Assembly (NCBI RefSeq): GCF_001194135.2
Contig: NC_068989.1
Coordinates: 17,998,721-18,059,958 of the forward strand
Reading direction: 5' to 3'
Length of the DNA: 61,238 nt
DNA from: Octopus bimaculoides
Lineage: Eukaryota
Positions 27,186 through 39,768 of this stretch are shown here, in pieces (the stretch's first letter is position 1; the number at the start of each line of letters is the position of its first letter). Below the pieces are notes generated by a model. The model saw only the letters and a list, made by a program, of their open reading frames with translations, was not told the DNA's origin and did not search any database. The translations under genes were made by a program, and so were the position numbers.

Positions 27186-27694
27186 TCTTTATAAACATGT
27201 TACCGTTGAACATCCGATGTTAGTCTTCTCATGAAGTTCAAGGCATACGTCGAGTCACCTCTGCCTTTGATCGTGTCAAGAACCAGAAGACAACTACTCT
27301 AGCAATACAATGCATATTTAACCGTTCCCTGAGAATCTTCTGGCAAACTATCCTCATTTCGAGCCGATGCTTTCTCTAAGTAAGTGATCACGGGTTGCTA
27401 AAGAAGGAGAGGAGATACGATGGTAACAGAATGTCAAAAAATGAAAAAGAGACCTACACAATACTAATTGTTGCGGACAGAACTTTCACTCTGAAGAATA
27501 ATTAACAACCCTCTCTACCCTAAAAGTAGTAGCTATGTGCTTAGCTTAGAAACGATTATTTTGTAGTATTTCGTAGTTGCTTGATTAACTGACTTCTCAG
27601 AACATCGAATAAAATGTTTTGTGGTATTAAGTTACAGTCCGATACGAGTACATTCTAAATTCAAATCGGTCCGAGGTTGACTTCGCCGATGTTG

Positions 27695-28115
27695 AAATTC
27701 TTATTTCTACCCTAGGTACAAGACCTTGGAAATTTGTGGGGAAGGGGGCTAGTCGTTTGTATCTACCCCAGTGCGTAACTGGTACTTATTTCATCGATCC
27801 CGAAAAAATGAAAGGTAAAGTCGACCTCGGAAGAATTTGAACGTAGAACGTAGCGGCAGACGAAATACTGCTAAGCATTTCGCCCGGCGAGCTAACGATT
27901 CTTTTTTACTCTAGGCACAAGGCCCAAAATTTATGGGGGGGGGGGACCAGTCGATTAGATCGACCCCAGTACGCAACTGTTACTTAATTTATCGACCTCG
28001 AAAGGTTGAAAGGCAAAGTCGACCTCGGCGGAATTTGAACTCAGAACGTAGCGGCAGACGAAATACCGCTCAGCATTTCGCCCGGCGTGCTAACGATTCT
28101 GCCAGCTCGACGCCT
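27695..28115 (-). mobile_element. two head-to-tail SINE family A copies
   Basis: Copies at about 27695-27899 (head truncated) and 27905-28115. Confidence 0.9.
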
Positions 28116-28283
28116 TTTACCGAACAAGTAATAATTTTTATTTATTTTTTTTTTTTATACAAAGGCACGACGCCGAAAATTATAGCAGTACCGTTGGTGA
28201 CAGTGATAATAGTGGTGGGGATGAGTAATTCTCAAATAAACATCTTTTAGTACAAATAATATACGAAAGCACTCTGAATTTAT

Positions 28284-28792
28284 GCAGTAGTGATGCGATA
28301 AAGTAGCTGTATGCTGTCAACTTAATGTGACAGTCCCATGAAGGGAATAATACTACTGTCGGCCTTGACAACTACTTTATTGCATCACTACTGCATTTCT
28401 AAATCTCTCTGGGAGATTTAGAAATGTATTATTTCTATTTTTGAAATCAGTGAATGTGTTTCACTAGAATTATTAAATGTTTACGAGAGTTTGACAGGCA
28501 TCTCCAGCTAGTAGGCCATTGTTACTCCAGACTGATAACGAGCAAAGACTCAGAAACATGTCTCTGGATGCAGGCTTAGCTAAGTGGAGGTGCTTGTCTC
28601 CCCCTCGTAAACATAAGGACACAGGAAATGTGTCAAGGCCGACAGGAAGCGGTGCTGCTTCCTAGGGCTAAATAACAGTAGTATTATTCCCTTCATGGGA
28701 CTGTCACATTAAGTTGACAGCATACAACTAACTACTTTATCGCATCACAACTGCTTAAATCTCTCTGAGAGATTTAGAAATGTATTATTTCT
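28284..28792 (+). mobile_element. non-coding hammerhead-bearing mini-element (retrozyme or non-autonomous PLE-like) with terminal direct repeats and an inverted 5' tail
   Basis: Direct repeats 28371-28436 and 28731-28792 (period 360 bp). 28284-28370 is the reverse complement of 28631-28754, lacking 28646-28678 and a few further bases. HHR motif at 28526-28568. Confidence 0.7.
28526..28568 (+). ncRNA. minimal type I hammerhead motif (G8A, probably decayed)
   Basis: TCCAGA-[CTGATAA]-CGAG CAAAGA CTCA-[GAA]-ACATGT-C-TCTGGA: perfect 6-bp stem I, palindromic stem III, GUC site. Confidence 0.7.
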
Positions 28793-29024
28793 TCTCGGAA
28801 TATAGTTCCAGACAAATTGAAAAACATAGTTATTTCCCCAAACAGTATATTGTTAAAACTGCCCGAATTTCTGTTAAATTTCCTTCTATTGCTTGATAAA
28901 TATCTTCGTCAGATCCAGTTTACAATTGAAAATTATAAAATCGAATTAAATATAGATTATTCCTGTGAAAAGGAAAAGATACAATATCCTTTATGTTCAT
29001 ATGTAAAATGAATATCAACATCGA

Positions 29025-29355
29025 TCTCGGAATGGGGGTAGCATGAACGGCAAAGTTGACCAGGTTAGGATTTAGACTCGAAATGTAAAGAGAACAAATA
29101 CCACAAGGTATTTTGTCCGACTGTAACGTTTCTGCTAATCCACCGCCTTATAATAATTGTTTGTAATTTAAGCTCAAGGCTAGAAAATATGATTAACGAT
29201 TAAAACGCAGTACATAACTGTAATTTTATTTTATCGAACTCGGGGGAATAAACAATCGAGCTGATCTCGGTGGGATCTGAACCCAGGGCATAAAGAGATG
29301 GAACAAATATCGCAAAGCATTTTTTCCGATGCATTTTGTAGCAAATCTGCCGAAA
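29025..29355 (-). mobile_element. old degenerate family A-like SINE remnants
   Basis: TTTATCGAACTCGGGGGA..CTCGGTGGGATCTGAACCCAG, and a similar remnant at about 29025-29150. Confidence 0.55.
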
Positions 29356-29880
29356 TAAAAACAATTCTTTGTTCGTATAGAACAGTTTGATCTCGCTTAT
29401 TTTCTTTTCTTCTTTCCTTCTTTCTTGCTTTCTTTCTTTTAATGTTTGGTTCTGTGTCATTCATTTTGAATAGCAATTAGTATTGAAAGGCTGTCCAAAG
29501 AAAATTATGATAATGTGACATTTTTTTGTTTCTCCTTCAACTTAGTCCTTTCTTTCCACTCTGTGACCCATCCTCTCAGCATCGTCCACCCATCCTATTC
29601 GCTCTATCCGTCAAAATGTCACATCAAGTGTTCTATGACATTCTCTGATGTCGCTAGAGTAGCGAAAAGGTTTGACAGTTCGAATCTTGTGACATTAGTT
29701 GAACAGGACATGTCTTAACACGCGCTGAGAGTGGTATAGATTGTAGGAACACAAAACTAGCAAAGCAAAACTTGGCATCCTGCTACACGTCCTAAGTCCA
29801 AATAACTCCGAGATCAAGGATGATGTGTGTGTGTGTCGACAGACAGACAGACAGACAGACAGATAGACAGACAGATAGAC

Positions 29881-29944
<64 letters not shown>

Positions 29945-30253
29945 TCAGAGATTCCATATTAAGATGTTTAATTTATCGAACAATAAAACAAGTTAGACAT
30001 GTTAGACTTGTTTTGGTCAGATCATGTGACTTTATCTGCTAATTTTAAACGTTACTGTACTTGAAACAAATTTTTCCTAATTTCAGTATATTTGAGTGGT
30101 TTATGGAAATGTGATAATGGATTTATTTAAATAAATAATAATTTCTAACTCTAGGAAACTAATGACACGGGATCTATAAATAGGAAGCAGTTCTAATTGT
30201 AATAGAAGAAACCAGTTTGTTGGGAGATATGTCGAAAAATATAATCTAAAATA

Positions 30254-31448
30254 CCGAGATGAGTCAAATGTTTTTCTATTAATATTTCAAACAAATTACA
30301 TAGGTGAAGTATTATTCATCAAAATATATCCCATCATATTCTATTGTCTGTTGCAATTGTTGTACCAGGGGCTTAATTTGCTTATACCATCTGGTTGGTT
30401 TAGAGGCAAAAAAAAGTCCCTCCAACCGTTTTCAACTTTATGCACATTGCTGAACCTCGCCCGTGCAGGAAATGAGCCATGACGGTAATATAATGTTGCA
30501 AGGTCTGGACAGTAAGCAGTAAGCAGTAAGCAGCCCCTCAAGTTTGTGCTTGGTCACATTGGTAGTGTATGCAGGAACATAGTCATGCTGTAAAAGTGCG
30601 CCTCTTTGATTGGCCATTGCCGGTTAGCAAGCTTTCAAGGCATCATATACTCGCTGTAGTTGTTGAGCATAAAGGTTAGAGTTCACAATATGCCAAGCTC
30701 AAAGCACAACGACCCCTCGAAATTCTACCAAACACACAACATGACCTTCTGTCTGGTGTATAGCCTTTGTTTAACAATAGGTTCTGAAACCTGGCCGGAA
30801 CAATCCATTGTTCATCCCCAATTGCAATTCGAAGCCAATAACAGACGTCTCGAGGATTTACCAGCAGTTGTTTGCAAATGCTTATACGTCGTTTAGCCTG
30901 GTCATTGTTCAGTCCATGAAAAACTTCTCGACAACGTCTATTCACAAGGCCTAGCTTATGAATGTATTGACTGATTGTGCTTTGTGGAGGACCAAGTTCT
31001 GCCGACAATGTACGAGTTCTTGTGCTTGGCTGTTGTTCAACTATTTCAAGCAAGGCTTCATCTACCACCACAGAAGGTCCCCCTAAGCCTGGTTTGTCAT
31101 CGCGGCTGGTGTCACCTTCCTTGAAACATCTGAACCAGTTTTGGTCACACGTTCGTTGACAGTTCCTAGGCTTTCAATATCATGAATTTCTTTTGCCGCT
31201 GCCATTGTACTCAGTCCTTTTTCCTCGGGTAACGTAAAATGGCTCTAATTGCAATTTCTTCATCATTCATTATCAAAACTGTAAAATAAAGAATAAATAA
31301 TTAACGTTTCTATGTTATATATGAAAATAAAGAATAAACAACTCAGCAACAATTGAACAAGTTATATCAAATTAATGATATAACATGGAGATACAAGTTG
31401 CCAAACATCAACAGTGAAAATCCGAAAAACTTTTGACTGAACCTGATG
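30254..31448 (-). mobile_element. decayed full-length mariner element
   Basis: DEALLEIVEQQPSTRTRTLSAELG, EVFHGL (WVPHEL equivalent), IAIGDEQW, YCPDLA (YSPDLAP) and DGISKL. Right TIR CATCAGGTTCAGTCAAAAGTTTTTCGG + TA; degenerate left TIR near 30254. Confidence 0.85.
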
Positions 31449-31796
31449 TATATAATATAATATAAATCAATATAATTTTACTACAATAGCGCAGTTGGTT
31501 TCAGGTTTCCAGCAGACCAATCACTGATTCACTGTATTTTCGATGATACGACCAACAACGAATGCTTGTGTAACCCAGGTGAAATAAATATTACACGATA
31601 ATTCTATTTGAACGCATCAGGTTATCAATTGACATACATACATACATACATACATACTACGTACGTACGTACATGCACACACAGACATACTCTCACATAT
31701 ATACATGCATGCACACACGAACGAGCGCGCACGCACAGACACACACACACACACACACACACAGCCTTTAATCCTCATTTTGCTTATCCCCTGTGT

Positions 31797-31885
31797 GGGT
31801 GTGTAGGTGGGTGTGTAGGTGGGTGTGTAGGTGGGTGTGTAGGTGGGTGTGTAGGTGGGTGTGTAGGTGGGTGTGTAGGTGGGTG
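31797..31885. repeat. 12-bp minisatellite (GGGTGTGTAGGT)n, about 7 units
   Basis: Direct reading. Confidence 0.95.
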
Positions 31886-32279
31886 CGTGCGTGCGTGCGT
31901 GTGCATGTGTTGACATTTTGATTTCGGTAATCATTTCTAATTGCTTGACTGGTGTTAAAGGCATGTTTGAGCAATGGGGCGGACAAAATTTCTAAACATA
32001 GCTTATTGTCATTGGATACATAAGATTCAATCGCATTGTTGAAACCAGTAGTTTAGCAACAGTGAAGTGTTAAAATGACAGGATAGTATTTTCTTATTAT
32101 TAGAAATTCCAGTGAAATTAAAATTTTCTGTAAAGTTATGGAGTAGCTAATGGCCCAAAATTAGCTATCGCAAACTTGCATTAATGACAACACTATGAAA
32201 GTTCAGTTTTTCTTTTTAGGTATTTTTCTTTTTAGGGGTAGTTAGTTATGTTACACTTAAATTGTAAGAAGGATTAAAC

Positions 32280-33850
32280 CAGATCATTTTCCTCTTTTGT
32301 AACACTCTTTGATTGTGAGACCCTCCATGCACACCAAGTTCTCATTAAAGCTGTTCCGTGTTAACTTCACGTTATATGAAGGTACACCTCTGTCTAAGAT
32401 ATCTCTATTTACTAATTCTAGTGTTCGTTACTATTCTAATATCAAAGTCTTTTATTCCAGAAAATTGCTTCCCGAACTCCAGAGCTTTCGATATGACGAA
32501 TTTCGATATGAAATACCGAAAAATTCGATATGAAAAAATAGAAATCCATGTTATCAAGCTGTTTAAAACTACAAATTGTTATCAACAGAGCGGAGCAAAT
32601 TCCTAAAAGTGGAGCTGCAGTTCCATTAGATTAATCCAATGGTACGTATGATATCAGAATTGACACCGTCAAAGATACACACACTATGCTTGCCTCGAGT
32701 TTCAAAAGATTAGCCATCCTACATTTGGAGTTGAAAAGAAAATTTGATCTGTGGCCCTTAATAGTGATATGAGAGGCTGCATGACAAGCTTTCTCTGTGG
32801 TTTTTATCCTTAAAATGAAAGTTAGTTCCTTCCTTTTAGCGTTAATGTGGTAATATGTAGCGACATTAGATTTCCTGTCTGTATTGGTTGTGTTACATAG
32901 AAGCCTCTTTTGTATAGCAGTGCCTTTTTCATTATCAACAATAATACGTATGTTAAGGGGTTTTTTGGAAGATATCTTGTAATTGTTCAAATTGTTCAGT
33001 AAAGTATTGCAGTAATAGCAAAATGTGACCTCTTAAATAGTTTATTCAAATCTTCTGCAAAGTTTTCCAGGTTCTATAACCAAGGGGTGGATGTGTAGTT
33101 CAATAATTTAAAGCCTTATGATGTAGCGGTTATTGAATTCTCAAACATGTTATCAGTCCAGCGCATCTGTTTAATCAAGCTTTTCGTCTTTTCAAAAAGG
33201 CATGCCATATAAAGAAGAAGAGGTCTGGGTGTTTTTCAGTAAATATAGAAGCTGTCATCTCCCCCATCTTCAATTGACTGCTCTTGATCTATAGATAGAA
33301 CTCAACAAGGTAGCTCTATGGAGCTCTTATGCAAACTGGTGTGCAAACGGAAGATAATATCATTCAACAAATGTCTGGTATTAGTTAAACATTTGCGCTA
33401 GTCGTTAAAAGTTTCACACGTCTGATCTTTTGGATACAACACTGAAAACATTAGGTGGAAAACATTAGGTGGAAGATACTGAACAAGAATCTGAAAACGC
33501 TCCCCATTCACTATGACAATATGTGACAACACATCTAGTTTGGGAAACAAATTAGTCAATCAGCAGATTAGGCTAGTCAGCGATACCTCAACCGACATGC
33601 AGTCCGTGTCTGGCACATTCTGAGGACAGTCTTCAACGACTTGAAGACACAGGCAAGGTGAAAGTAGCCATGAAGAAGTAAGCACAACAGTGCACGCCCG
33701 AAGCTTTTGCAAAGAGAATTGTAGAATTGGGTTCAACGATAGTGCAAAGGCATCTCTTGTGTTAGAGACTATGCTGAGTAGCATCTTGTATAGAAGAAGA
33801 GTTATTCCCCCAACATATGCAGTTTGACAACCAATAGCATCTAATGAAGT
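32280..33850 (-). mobile_element. heavily decayed Helitron relic (post-Rep linker to PIF1-like helicase)
   Basis: Weak order-conserved resemblance: EKGTAIQKRLLCN (GGTGKTFL.N), KTTEKAC..SHI (GRTAHS), CRMANLLK.EASIV (A.LLK...LIVWDE), GSNF (GGDF), VKLTRN (LT.NMR). Confidence 0.5.
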
Positions 33851-34497
33851 GTTTTACCTAAACTTACATTTGTTTCCCTCGTGTATACACGATAGGACAG
33901 TCGAAGTGGTTATCATTATCTATATCTTATTTAGTTCAACACTAATCTAGTCTATTCGAGTCATATAGTTATTCATCTTTTTTTTTTTTTCTTATCCCAC
34001 TTCTAATTGCTCCTGTTATTCTAAGATCAATTATTTCACACTCCCTTAAAGTTTCTGTTCACCACAAAATGAAATACCAACTCTCTAGAAATCCCATTTG
34101 ACAAATTTTGGAGCTTATAAAATATATACTATTATTCAGATTAGTAATCATACCATTTTGTTTATTTTATTTCATACTTCTCATAATTCATACCAGAAGA
34201 TAAGAATGACATTTTCATGAATTGTATTTTTCTGTGTTAATTTATTTCACTCACCTTACAAATATGCTGCACTTCTACGCAGTGGAAATACATGGATTTT
34301 GAATAAATGTGATTTGATGTGCAGTGTATTCTAACTGAATAGATCTGGGCCTGGTTTATCCTTATGTCAATATCCATGCAATATATCAATCCACAAATAG
34401 ATCAGTATATATTTCAACAAACATGATTACAAACGAGTAAATATGTGTGTGTATATTTATGCATATACGTATACATACACACACACATGCACGCACG

Positions 34498-34570
<73 letters not shown>

Positions 34571-34658
34571 TTATATACATACATACATATATATGTATAT
34601 ACATATGTAACTAGATACGCACACGTGTGTGTGCGTGTGCGTGCGTACGTGTGTGTGT

Positions 34659-34747
<89 letters not shown>

Positions 34748-34748
<1 letters not shown>

Positions 34749-35588
34749 TCTGTAAATATCACCCGACCGATCCTACATCCACCCATTGTGAAACCACTTC
34801 CACAACACCTGCGCTTTTCAATCAAGTTCATAAAAGTTATGAAAGGGAGAGGTGACAATACACACCCTTGTTGAAGTTCAATACTCACGTAGAAAGTTTT
34901 GGGCTTAGCATCATTTACCCGAACACAAGCACGTAGGCATTTGTAAAGGGACTTCGGGACAACCATAAGTTACCCAATAATCTCAAACTTCTGCAAAATC
35001 TTCCTCTACATGTTTCGCAGTAAGCGGTTATATGCGTTTTCGAGGCCTACAAAGCAATATTTCAATATTCCTACAAGTTCTCGAAGACCTGCCGTACAAT
35101 GAATATTTGGTCGGTTGTTAAGGCTTTAATATTGCTGACCAATTCGGTCAGCAGTATCCCCATTCTCCCCAGTAGCCTTACTAAATTTTAGCACTTTAAT
35201 TGCCCCTGTGACTTCAGCCCCTGTCCTCGTATCAAGGTTCACTGCCGAATACCGCAAAGTAGGGATGAGAATAATTGTTGCGAATACTGAAACATTGGTC
35301 TTCTCAAGAATATCTTCCCAGTGCACTCTGCATGTTAGTCAAATATCATTGAGGCAAGTTAAGAAGTTTAAGTATCTTAGGACCGTATCCGTGAGTAAAT
35401 GATGGGAGGAAACTTAAATGGATGCTAGAATAGCAGATGGCGACACAGTAATGCACCAACTTCATTGTTCGCTCCTCAAAAGAGAAGAGGTTTGTAAGAA
35501 AGCCAAAATTGCTATCTTTATTTCAGTCTTTGTGCCTATCCTAACCTACGATCCTGAATGTTGATAATGACCGAAAGAGTAAAGATCC
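34748..35588. mobile_element. RTE-clade LINE fragment with inverted 5' block
   Basis: Minus strand 35222->34748: AEVTGAIKVLKFSKATGE, TTDQIFIVRQVFE, KSLYKC..CVRVN, ELQQGCVLSPLPFI, CRIGRVIFTD. Plus strand 35223->35588: SRFTAEYRKVGMRI, QVKKFKYL, KAKIAIF.SVFVPILTY, MTERVK. Confidence 0.9.
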
Positions 35589-35655
35589 CCTTCGATCATG
35601 AATGACCATGGGATTGTACCTAAAATGTTCCCTTCCGGAATACAAGTTCGACCAT
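35589..35655 (-). mobile_element. 3' tail fragment of SINE family D
   Basis: TCGATCATGAATGACCATGGG..GTTCCCTTCCGGAATACAAGT matches 60110-60165. Confidence 0.7.
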
Positions 35656-36041
35656 GATTGTTTTTTTTTTTTTTTGTTTTTTTGTTTTGATCATTGGATC
35701 TCGAATCAGATGATAACGCTATAAAGAATAGCGGGTAAATATTGGGTTGAAAAAGCCTTTGGATAGAATAAAGTCGAAAGCTGCCTGTATCACTCGAACC
35801 CACAGCTCCTGTAAAAATAACAGGTGCTCTGCCATGTTATATTTATTGGTTTATCATTTGCAGTGTTCTTACAAAGAATTATGTCATTATGCCTTGCTCG
35901 CTGATGGATTACTCAATGTTGTTAAGAAGTACTGAGTAATCCTTCTGTTTAATGTTAAATTGCTTTCATATATAACCCGGTATGAAACAAACATTAATAT
36001 GTGTGTATGTGTATGTGTATACGTGTTCGTGTATGCATGTA

Positions 36042-36145
<104 letters not shown>

Positions 36146-37704
36146 GAAACGGTCGCCTTTGAAAAGAAATAAATACAAAGCAGCAAAATACTTGACTAGA
36201 CGCACTCGAAGTCAGGTAGTACTTCAATTTAGCAAAGCACTTCAATAAAATCGTATTAATAATCCATCAATAAAACTATACTAAAATATGATATCAAGAT
36301 ATTGATTGATAACTCACTTGCGAACTACACAGGGTTAACAACAACGATTTCACCACGTTGGCAGAAAGTCAATTATTGATTAAATCGACCTCAGTTTACT
36401 AGTGGCTTTTATTTTTTTGATTGAGGATAAATAGAAGTAAAGTGACCAACGGCCGAGATTTGAACGTGGAACCATGTTCAATGTATTCATTCAAGCGATT
36501 TACTGGTTCTTCCAGTTTTAAATAATAGATATTGTGGTGTTGCGATTGTGCCGTTGACACTTAAGTTGTTGCTATCATATTTTTCTTCATGCTGTGTAAA
36601 AAAAATCAAAATTGCCTCTTTTCCAAATTTTTTCTATTGTGAAGTGGAGTAAAGAACATGGCATGAAGAGTTTTATTGGCGATTATTTCCACAGTGTTAT
36701 TGATGGTAGAAACAAACGCACAGGTCGTCAATCAAAGACGTAAACGATAACTTACTTTATATAAACGATTTCTCTTCTAGCGAGTGAATAGTTATGTGGG
36801 GTTTTAAAGTCACGCCTACGATTTATGTGCAATCCTTTTTGGAGCCGGAAAGAGGATTAAATTAGAGGTGATGAACCATAAATAGGTCTTTTGAAGTGTT
36901 GGATTTTAGTAAATACAAAAGTAGGAAGTGTATTCGCGGGTGAGTTTCACTGGAGGCAGGAAATACTGATGTTTCGTTACTCATATAACTTGTTCCTTTT
37001 TCTTTTTACCTGAAAATTTCCTACCAATTTACAAAACTTGCAATTTGTTTTTTTTTAAATAGCGGGCATATTGCTCACTCCTCATTTTCCTTATTTATAT
37101 AAATTGTATTCTTGTTCCCCCACACGATAAAGTTCATCTTTCTCGCGAATGATTTTATTAAAGTAAATATGCTACGCCTACCTTTGTGGAATTTGTATTT
37201 CTTGCAACACCCACTGATAAAGGTTTTATGCCATATTTTGTTTAGTCGGTGTATGTGGAGAAACACCTGTGCATAGATACATGCATACACACATACATAC
37301 ATACATTTACTAGATTACTGACATTTCACAATGGTTTCTCCCATTTGCTGCGCTATTTTCTATCATGAATAAAACTGTCGGCATTTTTGACGGCAAGGGT
37401 ATACTAGTATAAACATAAAGAGAAAAAGAGAGAAACAAATGAAGTAGGAGAGAAAGAGACGCGCACACGAACACGCACGAACACGCACGAAAACGCACGT
37501 ACGCACGCACTTGAATAAGAAAAGAGAACCAGTGTTAGCGACGACGAATAATGAAGTGATAAAATAAAACACCTGTAAGCTTAGAGGAGATTTTTGACCG
37601 ATACTTAGTGATGGGGCAGGACTAGGGTGGTCATGGTAGTCATAGTGAAGATGGTGGTGATGGTCGTCATCGCCGTGTAAGCAGTGACGGTAGAGAAAGT
37701 ATTG

Positions 37705-37717
37705 AGGTCAAAGGTCA
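37705..37717 (+). promoter_or_regulatory. perfect DR1 nuclear-receptor element AGGTCA-A-AGGTCA
   Basis: Exact consensus match in non-repeat sequence; function not shown. Confidence 0.3.
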
Positions 37718-37744
37718 GTATGTAGTGAATTGTCCATGCAGACG

Positions 37745-37793
<49 letters not shown>

Positions 37794-38632
37794 NNNNNNN
37801 NNNNNNNNNNNNNNNNNNNNNNNNNNNNNNNNNNNNNNNNNNNNNNNNNNNNNNNNNNNNNNNNNNNNNNNNNNNNNNNNNNNNNNNNNNNNNNNNNNNN
37901 NNNNNNNNNNNNNNNNNNNNNNNNNNNNNNNNNNNNNNNNNNNNNNNNNNNNNNNNNNNNNNNNNNNNNNNNNNNNNNNNNNNNNNNNNNNNNNNNNNNN
38001 NNNNNNNNNNNNNNNNNNNNNNNNNNNNNNNNNNNNNNNNNNNNNNNNNNNNNNNNNNNNNNNNNNNNNNNNNNNNNNNNNNNNNNNNNNNNNNNNNNNN
38101 NNNNNNNNNNNNNNNNNNNNNNNNNNNNNNNNNNNNNNNNNNNNNNNNNNNNNNNNNNNNNNNNNNNNNNNNNNNNNNNNNNNNNNNNNNNNNNNNNNNN
38201 NNNNNNNNNNNNNNNNNNNNNNNNNNNNNNNNNNNNNNNNNNNNNNNNNNNNNNNNNNNNNNNNNNNNNNNNNNNNNNNNNNNNNNNNNNNNNNNNNNNN
38301 NNNNNNNNNNNNNNNNNNNNNNNNNNNNNNNNNNNNNNNNNNNNNNNNNNNNNNNNNNNNNNNNNNNNNNNNNNNNNNNNNNNNNNNNNNNNNNNNNNNN
38401 NNNNNNNNNNNNNNNNNNNNNNNNNNNNNNNNNNNNNNNNNNNNNNNNNNNNNNNNNNNNNNNNNNNNNNNNNNNNNNNNNNNNNNNNNNNNNNNNNNNN
38501 NNNNNNNNNNNNNNNNNNNNNNNNNNNNNNNNNNNNNNNNNNNNNNNNNNNNNNNNNNNNNNNNNNNNNNNNNNNNNNNNNNNCACCATTATCGGTGAAG
38601 AACTTATTTAAAAGTTCTTATACATTTATAAA

Positions 38633-38801
38633 CATAATTAAGGGATCAGCAACAGTTGCTTCACCACATACCGAAGTTCATAAATAGCAGCTAAAGTGCT
38701 AAAACTCCACACAGGCAAAACAAGAAGAGTTTTAGCACTTTAGCTGCTATTTCTGAACTTCGGTATGTGGTGAAGCAACTGTTGCTGATCCCTTAATTAT
38801 G
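38633..38801. repeat. 75-bp inverted repeat, 19-nt spacer, one mismatch
   Basis: Arms at 38633-38707 and 38727-38801. Confidence 0.95.
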
Positions 38802-39304
38802 CTTATCCCTGTACATAGGAAAAATACTGTGTCGTCGCAGGAAGTCTTAGATTAAATAGCAACAATTAATTCGTTGGCCACAAGAGGGATCACCTATAAG
38901 ATAACCCGAGATAACAATCAAAATTTCCTCAAATTGCACTCTATCATCTAGAAAAAGGAAGGACACGTTGTATAATACAGTCCTAAATATAAAATATGGC
39001 ATGGTCACGGCTGGATCGTCTTTGATCATAAATCTTCTCAATCAGGGTTGAATGGTTAAATAGCAACAGTTAAGCTTCTCGAGCAAATACGAGGCCTGTG
39101 TGAGGTGACTGGAAATAGCAGAGAAAACTCCCTAAATTACATCCTACTGACTTCATCCATTGGATGAAGCGATCTTAAATACAATATCCCTAAAGCCAAG
39201 ACGTGATTATCATGGCTTGGTTTTCTCGGTGAAATTTGGACTAGAATTAAATAACAACAATGACAATAATCGCCCACCAAGTTTTCCATCCTTTTCGACT
39301 ATCA

Positions 39305-39314
39305 CTCGTCGTCG

Positions 39315-39371
<57 letters not shown>

Positions 39372-39378
39372 CTACCGC
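39305..39378. repeat. (CGT)n microsatellite
   Basis: Direct reading. Confidence 0.95.
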
Positions 39379-39768
39379 CATCGCCGCCTAAATGGCGAAT
39401 TAGCGGAGTCGTCAGAGCGTAGGACAGAATGACATGCATTTGTACCGGCTATCATTTCCATGAGTTCAAATTACGCCGCGGTTAAATAAAATGCCGTATA
39501 TGATGGCATATAAGATGCACTTTGTTTCCAAAGAAAAGAGATGTCTCAAAATATTATTCTGGGTCATATATGGGAAGTTGGGCCTTCCATAAGCTTTAAT
39601 ACAATAAAGAAAACTTTCATGATTATGCGCTGCTGAAAAAGGAGTTCGCCTAATATTCCCGTGTGTCTTTTATGCCATGAAATACGCTAGTGGTCCTGGG
39701 TAGTGACTAAGTGAAATTGATAGAAAATCGGGTGACACGTCTTTCGTTATTTGTTCTGGCTCTTTGTA

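Noticed and set aside
21360-27298. Further minus-strand exon candidates (21360-21434, 22668-22749, 27204-27298)
   Set aside because: Weaker donors, or stops and phase conflicts with each other; expected by chance in AT-rich DNA.
29632-29682. Hammerhead-like CTGATGTC-GCTA GAG TAGC-GAAA
   Set aside because: The core is altered, stem III is not palindromic and there is no stem I pairing.
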